Origin: Ramazzottius varieornatus
Lineage: Eukaryota; Animalia; Tardigrada
Direction of reading: 5' to 3'
DNA length: 64,000 bases
NCBI GenBank assembly: GCA_001949185.1
Contig: BDGG01000019.1
Location: 213,231-277,230, forward strand
Shown: positions 42,048 to 54,067 of the stretch, piece after piece
Numbering within the stretch: the stretch's first letter is position 1
Layout of the letters: the number at the start of each line of letters is the position of its first letter
Position numbers and translations under genes: made by a program
Notes under the pieces: model-generated
What the model was told of the DNA's origin: nothing
What the model saw: only the letters and a program-made list of their open reading frames with translations
The model's database searches: none

Positions 42048-43569
42048 TCAGAGGTCCGGTAAACCAGCAGTGATCGAACTTTCAATGCCACAGTGATTTG
42101 AACCTCGAAGAATGCGAAAGAAGCCAAGCTCGCCCCAGTGCGGATTCCACGAGTTTGCAGCCAGCCAGTAAGGTACACCATTTTCCTCTCCCCATCCCAG
42201 TAGTTTTACAGCATGTTGTCCCAAGCTCTCACCGCGCTGTTGCTGGTATACTCCTAGAAGCAAGCGAATAACCGTCATCACGTGCGTCAAAGAAACTGTA
42301 TGTGCATCTTTAGTACCAGAACGGTAGGTGTAAAAGTCGGCGAAGACATTGAAGGCTGCTACCACTGGTCCATGAATCATGATTTCCGCTTGGATCTTTT
42401 CCGCGCTCCTCCCAACCGAATATGCTTCCGCACCTAACAAACAAACTCACTCACTAACTCGGAAGTAGAATAACGATTATGTGACTCTGTTGTTGGTCTA
42501 ACATGTTTTTGTAGACCGAGTTTTGAACTTCGAACAGACTCGCCGGAAGCTAGCTTACCGAAATGGAGGTCGCTCTTGTACGAGCGACCGAATGAGCTGA
42601 TGCATTGTTTGGTGCAAGCAGGAAGTGGTTCGTCTTCGTCAGGACAGGGACCAAAGGGTCCAATAACGTGGTGCTCGCAAGTAGGAAGTGTATAAGGTCG
42701 ACAGCCCTCGTTGCTGTTGAAGTTTCCGCCACTAACTATTCCCGTGCTGACGTAATAGTCCCAGGCGGAATCCGGATAGCCTCCACCACACCTACAGACA
42801 GATACTCGTCTTGGTACCTTTACGGGCTTTAGTAAAATCGCCATTCTAAATACCCAGAGCCACAAGAGAAAGTACAGCAAGACAACAGGTCTTCAGCAGA
42901 GATGTGAGTCTGCTTGTTGCCGTTCGAAGCAATACAGATGCGATCAGTGGCGACTTCCGCTGTCGACAGTGCCTGCAGCAAATATTGCCAATATCTGTGG
43001 TGAATTTGGAGGATTGAAAAAGCTGGAGTTAGGTTACCCAACAGGAGCCGCAAGAACCCTGGTCACGAATCTCGCTAATGGATGGGCAGTTGGGCCATCT
43101 TGTCCTCGCGTCGAAAGACTTGGGTATATTCTTCACTCGAACTCGGTTCTTGAGCGAAGCTTCGGACGGCAGTGTGGCAGTGAGGTTGGAGCGAGGTAGC
43201 ACTCCCAACCGACGTTTGATATGCAATAGTTTGACATCGTCCAGATAACTGTTGCCCGCCTGCAAGAAATATGGTTTGTGTTTGCCAATAACATTGGCAG
43301 TCAAGAAACGTTGTTGATACTACAAGCAATGTAACGACAAACCTTCCATGTGGTGTTGAGCTTATTGATGTCACTGTAATAATGCGGCAGCTTAGTAGGC
43401 GAATATCTGGCCAGGTACGTATGGAGAATGCGTACCTGATTATCGGAGTGGAGACGGTCTTGAACAAGGAAGTGTTCTCCGTTTGGTAGTATCCTGCACT
43501 TCCAACGTTTGCAAATGTTGTGATAGAAAGTACGATCAGCTCGAGATAGATCAAGGCCGCTAGGAACAT
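42048..43569 (-). CDS. CTSB: Cathepsin B
   Basis: Signal peptide, propeptide [41 protein letters not shown], occluding loop [15 protein letters not shown] and AANSWN. Confidence 0.95.
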
Positions 43570-44056
43570 TATGTGTATAAACTCCCAACTTTTTCTTGTG
43601 CAGCCAGCTCGCCGAAGTCGACAGCACAAGAATTATGCGTTCTTTTGGTTGTACTCGTACCCCCGAACAGCAAACGCCGTTGACGACTAGAGTGCCTGCG
43701 CTGCTGGTCAACGAGCCGCTCTGTTAACGCTACTCTGTTGCGTCAATATATATTACGAGGTCAAAGAACAAACTACGTTATCGTTTATACCAACGAAGTT
43801 GAGGATGATCACAAGGTCGTGGCAATTATAAATGGAGAGACTCCAGAGAGGCAAACAAATCTGGCTTTCCGGGAAGACAGACATGCAGAAATTGCATGCA
43901 TTGAATAACTTTATAGGAACAAAATTATCGCCCTCTGCGCGACGAAAATCGCGCGAATCAGAGCCAAAGGTGAAAGGTGCCGGAATCGGGGGGGGCGGGG
44001 GGTCGAGGCCCTGGCGGTGTCTCCCCAGCTGCAGTACAAGCAAAGCCAACGTACAG

Positions 44057-44262
44057 TACACGCGCGACGAGAAAATATGGGCTAGTAGAAATCACGGGCC
44101 AGGCGGAAAAGACAGCAAAGTTTGAAATCCAACCTTAGAAAGTGACAGAAAGTACATTAGCGTAAATGAGTCGCCTGCGTACGTGCTTCCGTACATACCG
44201 CCGTAGCAAAAAGGCCTGATCCGTAACTTTTTACCGGCCCATAATTTCTCGTCGTTCGTGTT
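44057..44262. mobile_element. MITE-like inverted-repeat element
   Basis: CACGCGCGACGAGAAAATATGGGC is inverted against GCCCATAATTTCTCGTCGTTCGTG. Confidence 0.65.
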
Positions 44263-44441
44263 CTTCTTTCTGCACGACACAGTCAATACGGCAGATAAAA
44301 ATTTTCAGCTATTGTTCCCGCATGTTACTTGAGCTGCCTGGCTGACGAAGGGAATTCCGTAGACCACAGCCAACGTTTGCCGCAGCTTCGCGCAGCCGAG
44401 CATCGGCGTTTCTCGGCGAGCTTCTTTGCAGGAGAAACCTC

Positions 44442-47400
44442 ATGGCTGGCCACATCAATTGGATTGCGCTATTGGTTTTATTGCCACTGACCGGACAGAC
44501 GCGCAATGCAGATGACAGGGAAATCACTGACCTCCTGCACTCGTCAAACTTTTCGGTACGAGGCTGGTACGACCAAATGGAGAACGACGCATTCCTCGTG
44601 CGTCCAGACGTCGTGCGAGCAGACGCAATTGAATTAACGTGTTCGAAGGAGGTTTGGAAGAACACCACACCGAACATGACGCAAGAGGGCATAAATCTGG
44701 ATGCCGACTCCGATTTCAGTGCAACCTACGGATCTTTTGCGTTTCGAGCTCAGCTACCTGTCAAGGGTTACGGTAGTGCCGAATTCTCTCTAGTATCGAC
44801 GGACTGTCCTTTAACCAACTGCACCACCGCACTCAACGGAAGAACCACTGGGCTCCTTTTGTACGAGGACTCACCTAGGACCGTCGAAATAAAGGTGAAT
44901 TACCTCAACCCAAATATTCCCAGCCAGCTTTTGGCTCAGGCAGTGACGGTGGATCGACCAAACAGGACAATTTCGGGGTTTCACGTCTATGAAGTATCAT
45001 GGTCGCGGAACTTCGTGGCATGGTTTTTCGACGGCACCATGGTCGCAAACTTCACCAACCGGCTATTACTTCCGCGGACCCGACATTTTGCCCGGATCGA
45101 ACTATACTGCCTGAACAATACTATGAACCAGGCAGAGCGAGAAGAGACCACGTTAGCGGTGGACAAAATTACCTATCAGCGGATGCCTGATGGTAAGCCC
45201 TTATAATTCAGTTCTGACTCCGAGGCGACGTACACTGATGTTAATTAGGGCTAAACGCACTAAACAGGAGACGGCAAACAGCTTCACGACGATTGTCATC
45301 CCAAGTGGCGCAGTTTCCCTTGTTAGTCGCTGGAAACGTGCGCCGTACGAGATAACGACCATCCCAAGATTGTGAGCCGGCCTCCCACATATAATATACA
45401 GATTGTGAGCGAAAGCGCACTAGCACAATTCGATAAGCACAGGACCATCGTGACATCATGGGAACAATGTCGTCTCGCAGGCGCTGTATTAAAAGGGTCG
45501 CACAATGTGTACATATGACGACACGATGTTCCAGTGCGTATCAAATTGTGCTGGCGCGTTTTCGCTCGCAATCACTATACTATAAGTTCTTATTTCTCTG
45601 GTTTATTACAGATGAAGTTTGGAAAGACACACAACAGTCACTTTTTCCTGCGCCCGCAGTTACATGGAACGAAACGTCGGTGGGACCTGTCCGAGAAGTA
45701 TACTTGTTCGCCTATGACGACGATGTTGCGATGTACTTTGACGACATTCGAACTGTACCGGGATGCAACTGTAATAAGACTCTCGATGATTGGGTATTCA
45801 ATTTCGTTGGGGATGCCTGGCGCTACGTCAGCCAAGCGTACCGACTTTTGAATTTGACCACGGACCATCGCCTGCAGGCCTTGCTTTACGTTGGGAAAGG
45901 CGAAGGATGTCATTTCATGAGCCATCTCGGACGTTACTCTTACGTTCTGAACTGTGGAAGTAACGATAGCCGCGCCTGGGACGTGCAGACAGACTCTCCG
46001 GTGAAAGCTTCCCTCAGTCAGGCAATTACTAATTTGACTGTACTTGTTGCCGGAGGAGTTTATGGCAACCCCATGCTGTCTATCGATCAGTCCGGAATAG
46101 TACAGGGCATTGTGCAGTATGATCTGTTCCGGTCGTTGAACGAAGTGGACTTAGCTAGATCACTTTTGTCTTTGAAAATCAACAAGTTTCAGAATGCTCC
46201 TCGAAGTTACTCGTACTGGTTGCGCGACTGGTATCTGCCTGTTTACTCTGACCATGGTCAAGCCGCTGTTCTTCAGCGGGTTTTTACTCTTTTGGCGGAG
46301 CACTTCCCCACCATAACCGACAGAAGCGGCATGCGGAGGTATTCGCGCAACATGGCAAATCTGGCGGAACTGGTGCACTTCTGGAGCGGTGCGGCGAACG
46401 CCAGTCTACGGACTGTTGCAGGGAATGCTTTCGGCTGGTCAAAAACGGACGAAAAGGAACTGCTGCAAGCACAAAACGACTTTCCAGATATTCATTATGC
46501 AGACGACGAAAACTATTTGATGACGCAGGCCACTGTCTCGTTGGATCTCGTGGAATTTGCAACGCCGACACACAGTTCGACGCAATTTACGCAATTGAAT
46601 TTCACTCTTCTACAGAGTATCTTGATTCCCCTTGTTATTGTCACTACTGTTGGGACACTACTTGGTTTTTACTGTGCAAGAAGAAAGCGGAGCCAGGCAA
46701 AGGTTTTGGGCGCTAACCAGAAGGCGCCGAACAAGTACATTTCATCAGTACCGCTGTCGCACTTGAACCCCGACATTATCAAGCTCCTCGATGACGACAC
46801 CAAGAGGTTCCTTTTACCATCTCGCAACCTCCAAAAAATTAAGTGTGGAATGTCTACTACAGAATGTTGAAGGAGGTTGGTTACACATCAAAATAATCTC
46901 ACTATTCTATGTAAGTGTTTTATAGGTCCGGTCGTACTGGGAGAAGGTGAATTTGGGACGGTACATGTTGCCGTTGCCACCGGCCTCTACGGAACGGTTG
47001 GTTCCGTGTCAGTAGCTGCCAAAGTACTCATGCGACACGCCGGCGGCGAAATGGACAGTCTTATGGCCATGTTTGTGCACGAAGTTCGCGTCATGATTAG
47101 AGCCGGACAACATTTGAATCTGGTAAATGTGCTAGGTTTTACGCTTGACGGTAAGTGGACTCTTTTGACCAAACACAGTTACAGTTTCCGGGTGGTTAAA
47201 TTTCACCGTTCAAAATCGAACAATATTCCAGAAAATCCAACACTACTTGTCGAGCTGTGTGACATGGGCTCACTACTTGCAAATCTTCAGCAATGCCAAC
47301 GTGATCCTACGAAGTTTGTAAATTTGCTCGACAGTGGAGAAGACTGCAGCACCAGGACGGATGGCAGTGAAAAAATTCACTACGACCAAGCGCCCTCTGG

Positions 47401-48770
47401 GGGAAAGGTCTTGGGCGACGATGAGCGAGACAAATCGTGCAGTTTATCAACATCTGATCTCGTCAGCTTTGCATACCAAGTTAGCCGTGGAATGGAGCAC
47501 CTCAGCGCAAAGAACATTGTTCACAGGGATATTGCCTCCCGAAATATCCTACTGACGAAGAAAAAAGTCGCCAAAATATCAGACTTCGGTATGGCGCGCT
47601 GGTCTGAAACAGCTTATATGATGACGTCGGCAACCGCAGTGGTAAGTGACATCAATAGTCCTCCTCACGACGAGCTGTTTATGTCGCAAACGGTTGATCT
47701 AAAATTTGAGTTTGCTTGATCAACGGAAATTAGTCGTGAGTGAGGCAATATTGCGTTTTTCGAAAGTCTCGGAAATGTGCGAGTTTTACGGGGTAGGTTT
47801 GTAGGTAAACTTTGCCTCCTGACTAGGCTGAAGCTCATGGTTTTCTCTCTGGCTAGTCTCTGTCTGTCGATATTCCCGACACTAATAGGTATCAAGAAGC
47901 CCATACGTGAAACGGTATCTCGCAACGTGAAGCACTGTGCAGACAGAGATCAGCTGACAAATGAAAATTTGAAATTTTGAGTCAAGTGTGCAGAGAATAA
48001 TCCGTTTTCACTTTCAAGATAAGCTACTCGAGGGCTGCTTATCTTGAAAGCGAAACTTCGTAATCCGCTTTAAAACATCAACACAATCGACGGAGTTTTA
48101 CGGCCTGTCGTGAGGAGGACTAATGCTACAAATGTCGGAAATGCATCCCTTCCCGTGATCACGTGACGTGGGCTCCCGTTGGTCAATGGTGTAACACCAC
48201 GTGGCCACGGGAAGGGATGCATTTCTTGCAGTGCAGTCCATCAGAGGTTTCTCCAATAACCACATCGGAATCTTGAAACTGTCTATTTTAGAATTTGCCG
48301 ATAAGATGGATGTCACCCGAAACGATTGCATCCATGATATTCGACCAAAAGAGCGATGTATGGTCCTACGGTGTGTTGCTGTGGGAAATGTTCTCTCTAG
48401 GACAGATACCATACCCCAACGTTGCCGTTGCTGGAAGGGTCGAACAGTTTGGCCAATGGTTGTTGGCCGGTAATCGCCTGGATAGACCGCAATTCTGTCC
48501 AGATAACGTGTAAGTCCTGAGTCTTGAAGTTAAAACGGCCAGTATGACTTCAAGCAGGAAAAACCGATGCTATATATCTCGTGTAGGTTTGCCGAAATGG
48601 GAAAGTGCTGGAATAGAAATGCGGCTGATCGTCCAAGTTTTGCTGATTTGAGCGTTAATTTCGAAGGAATAATATCGACAGATGTTGCAGGATACTACAT
48701 GCATCTGAATGAGCCCTACGCACAGTTTACCAAAGAGCTCTTCAAGCCCGAAACATATGTATATCTTTAA
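44442..48770 (+). CDS. Receptor tyrosine kinase A: signal peptide, GH16-like domain, microbial-type domain, TM, split tyrosine kinase (exons ~44442-45192, 45612-~46844, 46926-47149, 47232-47641, 48292-48508, 48588-48770)
   Basis: Signal MAGHINWIALLVLLPLTG. GH16-like YGSFAFRAQLP and GFHVYEVSWSRNFVAWFFDG. TM ILIPLVIVTTVGTLLGFYCA-RRKR. Kinase motifs GEGEFG, VAAK, HRDIASRNILL, DFGMAR and LPIRWMSPE. Confidence 0.88.
45396..45582. mobile_element. MITE in intron 1 of RTK A
   Basis: About 55-bp imperfect inverted termini (GATTGTGAGCGAAAGCGCACTAGCACAATT / AATTGTGCTGGCGCGTTTTCGCTCGCAATC). Confidence 0.7.
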
Positions 48771-49114
48771 TTTTTGTTGAACTCGAAAGTTACGCGGTGG
48801 AAGAAAACACCGGCCTCGTGCGTGCAAGTCGCGTCTGTATCCTTGTCGGATTGACTGTTAGAAGTCGCCGTCGCATCGGTGACCGCCGTTGACGGAGGTA
48901 ACTTTTCCAGAGTTCTAGCCCAGACGACGTCAACCAGACAAGATGACAACGAGCTTCTTCTGTCAGAGTCGCAGACAACCATAAGATGAGAAACGTAGGT
49001 TGGGCAAAACACTAAGAGCTGGGAAATGAAGGTTGCAGCCACGGTAGCTGTCTGCAGTCTCAATGGTTCGCTGCCCTGTCAATCGGTTGGCTCTTCCCTG
49101 GCATGGTCGAAAGT

Positions 49115-52100
49115 TTACAGTGAGGCATTGCTGAAACTAACGCGTTGGCGCAGTCCATCCAGTTCTATGTATTGAGCGTCATGAGTTTCTCTAAGAATCG
49201 CTATCTGATAATAGGCCATCAGCTTTGAGAATCCCGGTCGATCGGTGCTTTGAATGGACCAACACATCTTCATCAGATCGTACCTGCAGAATTAACCACT
49301 CAGCAGTCCCCAGGGACGGAAACAATTTTGCAGTGCTTACATGGCGGTGGGACAAAACCTCGGTTGTTCCAAACGATGGCCATCCTTGAGCCACCCTTCA
49401 AACTCGGTGATGCGGCCGGCAATGCTCATGTTGGAATAGGGTAGCATCCCCAGAGAAAAGATCTCCCACGCTAATACGCCGTACGACCACACATCAGTAC
49501 TCTCATTGAAGGACAAGGTGGACAGAGTCTCCGGCGCCATCCATCGTACCGGCATAGGAGCCTAACAGATTCAAGGGCATAAATTCCTGTACCAGCCACC
49601 TTCCTGAGCGCTGCTACGAAATGGTCGCATTTAGATTTTCTTACCGTCTGCTTGCCTTTAGAATGAACGTAGCTCTCCTCGTACAAGCGAGCCATGCCGA
49701 AATCGGAAATTTTGGCAATCCTGGTTTTTGTTAGCAGAACGTTCCGCGCAGCCACGTCTCTGTGGACAATGTTTTTGGATGATAGGTATTCTAGTCCACG
49801 ACAGGTCTGATAAGCGAAATCCACAAGGTCGCTGGTTGTAAGGGTTCCAAGCAAGCTTTCTCTTGCGCAGTATGCCGACTCGTTCAATGCTGACGGTGCC
49901 AGGTTCAGGGAAGCTTTTGGACAGGATCGTTCAAGTGGCACTGGTCCAGCTATGTTACCGTCTTCGTCCAGCTCATTGACGTAGACATTCGGTGACGATC
50001 GAACGTACTCCAGACAGGACAACAGTGACCCGAGCTCGCATAGCTCGAGCAACAGGGTGGGATAGTCTGGTGCCAGGGAACAAAATGGCGTTGAGTATCT
50101 GATCATGCACTGGTCAAAAAAACAAAGTAATCAACTTGACTGTACTTCTCACCGCCTCCTACGATACCCAGAAGATTCACTAAATTTCGGTGTTGTCCGG
50201 CTTTGATCATAGTCCGTACTTCTTGTTCGAATAAGGCCTTCAGAATTTTATCGTCTTCGGCCAGTCGTGTATTGAGAACTTTTGCCGCAACTGGAACACT
50301 GTCTTCCATGCCCGGTAGTCCGAACGCCACAGCTGCGTACACCGTCCCGAACTCTCCTTTTCCAAGAATAATCAGGCCTGGAACGAAAATATAAGATTAC
50401 GCTCTGTGAGGCTCAGAACACGGAAGAAGACTACAGGCGGCAGCTCAAGCCAACTCGCCCTTCTCTCAAAGTGGCGCAGGCTACCAGCTAACGTCACCGA
50501 GAAGGTGCGCCTGATGAGCTTACTTCTCTGCAGCTGACTCTGGGAAATCACGAACCGCCGGAGCTCTCGGCCAACCAAGAAACCATAGTCTTTGGCTCCG
50601 GTGAACTTCTTCAGGAGTTCTTTGCGACGTACAGTTCTTCGGTGGTAGAGATATAATACTGCTGCAACTAAGGCCACCACGAGAAAGGCTGATACCAGAA
50701 TTGCAGTCAGCAGTTTCGTGCTGGTGGCCATTGCCGACGCAGCATTTTCCAGGTCGTCGTCCAGCACCGAAGCGCCGAACTCTGAGCCCATCTGTTGTGA
50801 ATAGTGAATTTTAGGGAAAGCCTTTTGTGCTCGTCGTAAATCTTTTTCGTCCTGCGCGGACCAACCGAAGGCGTTCCTGGTCAAATTTCTGAGGCTCATG
50901 TTGGCAGCTCCACTCCAGAAGTGAACGTACTCCCCCAGATTGGTCATGTTTCGCTTATATCTTCGGATCCCATTGTCGTCTGTGTCGGAAGGAAAGTTCT
51001 GAGTCAGAATCTTAAAATATCGTGACAAAACGTTGGCTGCGCCGTACGCGTCGTACAGAGGTAGGCACCAGTCCCTCAACCAGCAAGAACCATCACAAGG
51101 AGAAGCAAACGACAGTTGTGAGTTATTGTTGACAACTTGCTGCGCTTGCGTTGTTTGGTTGAGCGTCAGAAACAGATCGTATGCTATGATGTCTTGCAGT
51201 GCTGTGCCGACGGATGGTAAGTTTTGTTTACCATAAATTCCACCTGAGCTTCCGACAACGAAGTATGACAATGCCAGACCAATGTCAAGTTTCGCTCGTA
51301 TGTTTCGCTTATCCCAAGACCACGCGGTAGTATCATTACTGTCACAAACTAAGATACTGCGGCGACCGTACGTGCTTTCCCGTTGCAGAGATGTGTAGCA
51401 TCTTTGCGGAGTTCCTTCACGGAAAACTACGTAGAGGACAGATTCGCCGCGTTGATGCATTGGCCCATACTGTCGACAAAAATAAGCCCATGCGTCCTGG
51501 ACGTACAAAAATATCCAACGGTCTCCCTTCGCGTAAATACCGTCACCTGCCGTTGGTATATTTTGCATGCGTTCGAAGTAAATTGCGAAGTCATCAGTGT
51601 AGCTGGACAAGCTGACGACACGTTCCTGATCTGACCAGTAGTCATTCAAGGTTCGAGGCGGAGGTATCCGGGTCTGCGCGTTTCCTTCCCATTTTTCCTC
51701 TGCAAACAACATATAGTAAAGTCCAGGTCTACACCTGTCAGAGCAATGCAGAAATTCTGTACGTGTACACGCGCGAAGGGAAAGTCTGGAACAGTAAAAA
51801 GTTTGGAACAGGCGATTCCGAAACAGCGGAACGGAAGTTCGTACGTACTTGTGCAATTCACACTGATGCACTTTTTGACAATTTTCTATGGTTGAATTCT
51901 GAATTTGCCGTCGTTTTCGCCTGTTCCAAACTTTCCCTTCGCGCGTGTACCAACGTTACCTATGTTGACAACTTGTTCCAAAATGTGTTTGAAACGCAAC
52001 GTACAACGGCACACGGTGCACTTACGGCCAGGTAATTGTCTATAGTCCATTTTTGAAGAAAGGAAGACAGCCTCTTGGTTCGGCTGAAGGACAGTTTCGT

Positions 52101-52767
52101 CTGCACAACTGACGATTATATCCAGGACCTGATCACCAACTGGAAAAGCCAGCTGGTTAGTAAAATTGACCACGTTGTCGTTTATCTTCCACGCCAGGAA
52201 CTTTTCCGACCAAAGCAACTGAATCAGTTGGAATCCATCCAGATCTAACTGCGGTTTCTCGACATTGAATTGGTTGTTATCCACGTAGAGTTGATTAGTG
52301 GAATGCGGATCAGGAAATAACATGTAGATGTTCTGCCATGACAGGTTCTTTCCGTAAAAGGTCACCCCTGTACTCATCCTCTGAAATTTCGAGCAGATAG
52401 GTTGCGCACACATAGCGGAACTCAAGCCAACGTCCACCTCAGTCGCTGCACCACCTGGTAATTTGACTCGAAAATCCAGTAAGCCATACTCGAAGGCAAA
52501 ATTTCCGTTGGTACTAACCATCCAGCTCAAGGTGCCGTTGGTGTTGGATGCCGATTGATTCCACAAGTCTTGAGAGCATCCCAGATTTAGTGTATTGTTT
52601 ATGAGATACCTCTCCTTCTCCAAACGCGATTCTGCGCCTGCATGCCTCTCGTACACGGTGAGAACGTTAGAAATGATCAGATTTACAGAATGCGGCTCGC
52701 TGGGATAGCCTCTGACCATAGAAAGGCAAACTGCTAACAAGAACTTCTCAACAGTCCGCCGAGACAT
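49115..52767 (-). CDS. Receptor tyrosine kinase B, paralog of RTK A (exons 52767-52026, 51699-50524, ~50377-50151, ~50068-49645, ~49561-49340, ~49284-49115)
   Basis: Signal [31 protein letters not shown] and [30 protein letters not shown]...[41 protein letters not shown]. Kinase motifs [27 protein letters not shown] and MPVRWMAPE. Confidence 0.88.
51764..51949. mobile_element. MITE in intron 1 of RTK B
   Basis: GTACACGCGCGAAGGGAAAGTCTGGAACAG is inverted against CTGTTCCAAACTTTCCCTTCGCGCGTGTAC. Confidence 0.8.
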
Positions 52768-53350
52768 CGTACTGGTGCTGGGCAGACAAATGACCATCGC
52801 TGAACCATCAGAGTCTAGACTACAATTTGTTTCAGAGACACAAAACAAGTATGTTCTTTTTTATCCGAAGTCCATTTCTTGCTGTGTTCGCGCTTCGTTC
52901 ACGTATTCCTTCGCATTTGTTCGTTCTGACTCTTCCGGTTTTCTTTTATACACTGTACGAAGCGTATTTTACTCTTTATCACTGTTCGAGCGGACCATAA
53001 TCAGCAAACACAGGGGATATTGAACTTTTCTGTTGGGTTGTTTTCAGTATACAGCATAGCTTGCTCTACCTACTGCAAGATACTGCTGGAGTAGCAGCCG
53101 AAAAATGCGACGAACCAGCATTTTACACGAGGTAAACGACATGATTCGGGCATATTCTTTTTTCTCAGCTCCTGTTGCGTGTAACCAACCGCTTCTTGTT
53201 TTTGAGGTAGATTCATCCCTCTCCTCATGGTCTCAGTATGTTTGAGAACGACAGCGCGTTGCAGATCAGAGGAATTTGTTCTCGGAGAGGGATGTGTCTG
53301 TCACTCTGTTCAATGTAAAAAAGCCTAAGTTAAAATTGTATCAACAGACG

Positions 53351-53518
53351 TACAAGTGTACGATAAAATTAACCGTTAAAAATGGGCGTAACACTCCAGC
53401 CGAGCTTAATTACGACTCAGCCAATAAGAATTAGGTTTTGCTGCATACGCAAATTTCATTGGCTTAACCATCTGGCTCCATACACCCATTTTTACCGTTT
53501 ATTTTGTCGTAGACTGTA
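53351..53518. mobile_element. MITE-like inverted-repeat element
   Basis: TACGATAAAAT...AAAAATGGGCGTA is inverted against TACACCCATTTTT...ATTTTGTCGTA, with TA ends. Confidence 0.6.
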
Positions 53519-54067
53519 CGATGAGAAATGAATCAAGCGTGTTCAAACCTTTCGCGTTGCCCGAGTAATGGTGCGAAAATCCACACGCCCGAATTATGTC
53601 TTTCACCTCGTTTGTTCACTTAACGGCATCGTTCAGGATAGGAAAAGGTGCGATACTGAGAGCCGCAAACAGTTTCAAGCAACAGGTATGCCTAACTGTA
53701 AATGTTCGAGGTGGCTCCCTCTTCCAATACAACCACCGTCCCGAGACCGCCCTCCCGCCCCCCGACTTCGTTGAAAGTCTGGACCTTCGATGTTCCAGTC
53801 AACAGGACATGTGGCTACGATTTGTCTCACAACAAGTGTCCGTCTTGATGCAAACACTTTTCTTGAAGTAAACTTTGTGAAAATCACAGTGAGATTTCAT
53901 CAAACGAGGAACGATGAAACGGGAAGGAGAATGGGTGCATCGTACCAGCGTGTGGTTGGAAAAATCTTTGGCCCGGGGTTTTATCCCGAAAAGCTTTAGC
54001 TAGTACAGCACGAAATTAAACACACATTCATCTTACGCTGGTCTTTGTCGAGGAATGTCCGGAAAGT

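Noticed and set aside
48005-48056. Near-perfect hairpin TTTCAAGATAAGC...GCTTATCTTGAAA in an RTK A intron
   Set aside because: Single short hairpin, most likely a MITE remnant. No evidence for a miRNA.
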